Assembly: GCA_944386645.1 (NCBI GenBank)
Contig: CALXBW010000002.1
Location: forward strand, 8,581-72,580
Direction of reading: 5' to 3'
Origin: an uncultured Clostridia bacterium
GTDB taxonomy: Bacteria > Bacillota > Clostridia > TANB77 > CAG-508
Length of the DNA stretch: 64,000 bases
A program made the translations under genes and the position numbers. This document shows, in pieces, positions 61,189-64,000 of this stretch. The number at the start of each line of letters is the position of its first letter. The stretch's first letter is position 1. The notes below the pieces were generated by a model. That model worked only from the letters and a program-made list of their open reading frames with translations, ran no database searches and was not told the DNA's origin.

Positions 61189-63105
61189 TTACATTACAAG
61201 TTCTTCTTCTAAGTTTTTAATAAATTCTTCTACATCTTCTTGCCCCATATCTCCATTTTCTCTTGAACGTACAGAAACAGTATTATTTTCTATTTCTTTA
61301 TCTCCAACAACTAACATATATGGTACTTTTTCTAATTGAGCTTCTCTTATCTTATATCCTATTTTTTCATTTCTATTATCTAATTCTACTCTAATTCCTT
61401 TTTCTTCTAGTTTTGCTTTTACTTTTTCTCCATACTCATTTTGTTTATCACTTATTGGCAAAATCTTCACTTGTAATGGTGAAAGCCATAGTGGAAATGC
61501 ACCTTTTGTCTCTTCTATCAAAAATGCCATAAATCTATCTAATGTACCTAATATTGCTCTATGAATTACAACAGGTCTATATTTTTCTCCATCTTCTCCA
61601 ACATATTCTAACTTAAATCTTTCTGGTAATAAGAAATCTAATTGACATGTTGAAACTGTAACATCATGCCCAATTGCAGATTTTAATTGTACATCTAATT
61701 TTGGTCCATAAAATGCCGCTTCACCTTCTGCTTCATAAAATTCTATACCAAGTTCTTTTAATATCTCTCTTAACTGACTTTCTGCTTTTTCCCACATTTC
61801 ATCATCATCAAAATATTTTTCTTTATCATTCTTATCTCTTAAAGATAATCTAAATTCATAATCTTTAAATCCAAAATCTTCATATACTGCTAAAATTAAT
61901 TTTACAACTCTTCCTACTTCTTCTTTTATTTGATCAGGTCTTACAAATAAATGAGCATCATTTTGGCACATTTCTCTAACTCTTTCTAATCCACAAACAG
62001 CTCCACTATCTTCATATCTAAAATCATGTGCTAATTCTCCTATTCTTACAGGTAAATCTCTATATGAATGTAATTTATTCTTATATATTAACATATGATG
62101 TGGACAATTCATTGGTCTTAAAACAAGTTCTTCATTTCCAATTTTCATAACAGGAAACATATCTTCCTTATAATGATCCCAATGTCCAGATACTTTATAT
62201 AACTCTGAATTTGCCATTGATGGAGTATATACATGCTTATATCCCATTTTTATTTCTTTATCTTGTATATATCTTTCAAGTAATCTTCTTATTGTTGCAC
62301 CATTTGGTAAATACATAGGAAGTCCTGAACCAACAAGTTCATGTGTCATAAATAAATCTAATGCTTTTCCAATTTTTCTATGATCTCTTTGTCTTGCCTC
62401 TTCTAATTTATTTAAATACTCTTCTAACTGGCTTGCTTTTGGAAAAGATATTGCATATATTCTTTGTAACATCTTATTTTTTTCGCTACCTCTCCAATAA
62501 GCACCTGATGAAGATAATATTTTAACAACTTTTACTTTTCCTGTATTCATTAAATGTGGTCCTGCACATAAATCTGTAAAATCCCCTTGTTTATAAAAAC
62601 TTATTTCTTCTCCTTCTTCTAATTCTTCTATTAATTCTTTTTTATATGGTTGATCTTTCATTAAATCTAAAGCTTCTTTTCTTGGTAAAGAGAATCTTTC
62701 TATTTCAATATTTTCTTTTATAATCTTTTTCATTTCATTTTCTATTTTTTCTTTATCTTCTTCTGTAAAAGGTTTTTCAACATCAAAATCATAATAGAAT
62801 CCTTCATCTATTGCTGGCCCTATTGCAAATTTTACATTTGGAAATAATCTTTTAACAGCTTGTGCCATAATATGTGATGTTGTATGCCAATAAGCCTTTT
62901 TTCCTTCTAAACTACTTTCGAATGTATGAATAACTAAATTACAATCAGCATCTATCTTATGTCTTAAATCATATATCTTTCCATCAATTTCTCCGCAAGT
63001 TGCAACTCTAGCTAATCCTTCACTAATCATTTTTGCAACATCTAATATAGAAGCACCTTTTTCAACCTCCAAATTAGAACCATCTTTTAAAGTTATTTTT
63101 ATCAT
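61189..63105 (-). CDS. thrS: Threonine--tRNA ligase
   Basis: 638 aa; TGS N-terminal domain, class II core, HRAILGTLDRFMAFLIEE motif. Confidence 0.95.
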   Translation of the reverse strand: MIKITLKDGSNLEVEKGASILDVAKMISEGLARVATCGEIDGKIYDLRHKIDADCNLVIHTFESSLEGKKAYWHTTSHIMAQAVKRLFPNVKFAIGPAIDEGFYYDFDVEKPFTEEDKEKIENEMKKIIKENIEIERFSLPRKEALDLMKDQPYKKELIEELEEGEEISFYKQGDFTDLCAGPHLMNTGKVKVVKILSSSGAYWRGSEKNKMLQRIYAISFPKASQLEEYLNKLEEARQRDHRKIGKALDLFMTHELVGSGLPMYLPNGATIRRLLERYIQDKEIKMGYKHVYTPSMANSELYKVSGHWDHYKEDMFPVMKIGNEELVLRPMNCPHHMLIYKNKLHSYRDLPVRIGELAHDFRYEDSGAVCGLERVREMCQNDAHLFVRPDQIKEEVGRVVKLILAVYEDFGFKDYEFRLSLRDKNDKEKYFDDDEMWEKAESQLREILKELGIEFYEAEGEAAFYGPKLDVQLKSAIGHDVTVSTCQLDFLLPERFKLEYVGEDGEKYRPVVIHRAILGTLDRFMAFLIEETKGAFPLWLSPLQVKILPISDKQNEYGEKVKAKLEEKGIRVELDNRNEKIGYKIREAQLEKVPYMLVVGDKEIENNTVSVRSRENGDMGQEDVEEFIKNLEEELVM

Positions 63106-63390
63106 ATAAATTCCTCCCTTTTATACCTCCATCAGAATGAAAAAGCACTCCAATGGATCATATTATCCATAGGAGTGCTATATTTGCACGGTTCCATCCT
63201 ATTATTTTCTTAATTAATAAAGATTATAACGTATCTTAAACACGTCTGACTTATTCATCAGAAATATAAAGAGTTAGTTTTCAAATATGTTTACTTAAGT
63301 TAGCTTCCAGCTAATAACTAACTCTCTCTTTAAGCAACCTCTATTTTACTCTTCTCTCATTATTTTATGAACATTATTTTAATTCTTTTT
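63106..63390 (-). promoter_or_regulatory. T-box riboswitch leader of thrS (minus strand) with terminator/antiterminator
   Basis: On minus strand, AATAGGATGGAACCGTG (degenerate T-box motif AGGGTGGTACCGCG) immediately precedes terminator hairpin agcactcc...ggagtgct + T-run, then GGGAGG RBS; minus-strand promoter TTGACT-N17-TAAAAT at ~63375-63404. Confidence 0.6.
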
Positions 63391-63413
63391 TTTATAAAAG
63401 TCAATATATAGTA

Positions 63414-63442
63414 TTGCCAAATATACAAATTTATAGTAAAAT
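63414..63442 (+). promoter_or_regulatory. Sigma-A promoter of serS leader (TTGCCA-N17-TAAAAT), back-to-back with thrS promoter
   Basis: Read directly. Confidence 0.45.
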
Positions 63443-63448
63443 TGTTTT

Positions 63449-63668
63449 ACTTTAAATATTTGTGATGTTAAAGAGAGACTATATTAAATATCTTTTACAT
63501 AGAGAGTTTATGGTTGGTGTAAATAAACTAAAAGAATTTAAGAATCTACTCTCTGAGTTTTTAGTGAAAACTAAACCGTTTGTATGGGTTATAATACTTA
63601 GAGTATAATAAAAGGTGGTACCACGTTAAATACGTCCTTTGCTAAAAAGCAATGGGCGTTTTTTTTGT
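63449..63668 (+). promoter_or_regulatory. T-box riboswitch leader (plus strand) controlling DUF1653 gene + serS
   Basis: Conserved T-box sequence AAAGGTGGTACCACG at 63611-63625, immediately followed by terminator hairpin and T8 run; AGAGAG stem-I-like motifs upstream. Confidence 0.65.
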
Positions 63669-63684
63669 TTTGGAGGTGACAAAA

Positions 63685-63917
63685 TGAATACTCTTGAAAT
63701 AGGAAAATTATATAGACATTTTAAAGGAAACTACTATCTTGTTTTAGGAACAGCTTTTAACTCGGAAACTCAAGAAAAATATGTAATATATAAAGCTTTA
63801 TATGGAGAATACAAAACATGGATAAGACCTGAAAAAATGTTTTTAGAAGAAATAGACTATAATAGAAAAGACAATATTACAAAACAAAAATATAGATTTG
63901 AAAGGATTGATTTATAA
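63685..63917 (+). CDS. DUF1653-family small protein
   Basis: GGAGGTG RBS 6 nt before ATG; MNTLEIGKLYRHFKGNYYLVLGTAFNSETQEKYVIYKALYG matches DUF1653 YRHYKG...YxV motif. Confidence 0.6.
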
Positions 63918-64000
63918 TGTTAGATATCAAATTTGTTAGAGAAAACCCTGAATTAGTTAAAGAAAATATTAAGAAAAAATTTCAAGATGAAAAAGTAAAA
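63917..64000 (+). CDS. serS: Serine--tRNA ligase (N-terminal 28 codons; continues beyond window)
   Basis: MLDIKFVRENPELVKENIKKKFQDEKVK is the canonical SerS N-terminus; start overlaps stop of the DUF1653 gene (TAATG). Confidence 0.75.
   Translation, partial: MLDIKFVRENPELVKENIKKKFQDEKVK

Overview
Very AT-rich Clostridium-like (low-GC Firmicutes) chromosomal window. Most of it is conserved housekeeping and sporulation loci. The hrcA-grpE-dnaK-dnaJ heat-shock operon has an intact CIRCE operator. There is a lexA gene directly upstream of an OmpR-type two-component system, a spoIIAA-spoIIAB-sigF operon followed by a SpoIID-like gene, tgt-queA, and several ABC exporters, one of them frameshifted. 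Three ECF sigma/anti-sigma-like pairs and a MarR regulator are present. A Val-Asp-Phe tRNA operon lies next to a cell-wall module (FadD-like ligase, CtpA, two tandem coiled-coil M23 peptidases, FtsEX, a PdaA-like deacetylase). A membrane-fused SpeE-like gene sits with DUF350x2 and DUF4178, followed by PepV, an orphan AgrA/AgrC-like pair, and T-box-controlled thrS and serS on divergent strands. The accessory-looking stretch is about 34.4-43.65 kb. It holds a Spo0A_C-domain regulator with a divergent receiver, an upstream 11-bp tandem repeat and a downstream 58-aa signal-peptide ORF. It also holds a duplicated small-gene pair with duplicated promoter/5'UTR flanking a half-size CaCA exchanger, and a ~210-nt rod-like structured element with a 6S-RNA-like bubble. 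The candidate novel system is a ~3.5-kb segment bounded by inverted repeats and adjacent to the tRNA cluster and an IS30 transposase remnant. It carries a tightly coupled three-gene operon (wHTH-like protein, Hanks-type Ser/Thr kinase, 402-aa unknown protein). All calls are from reading the sequence and ORF translations; no database searches were run.
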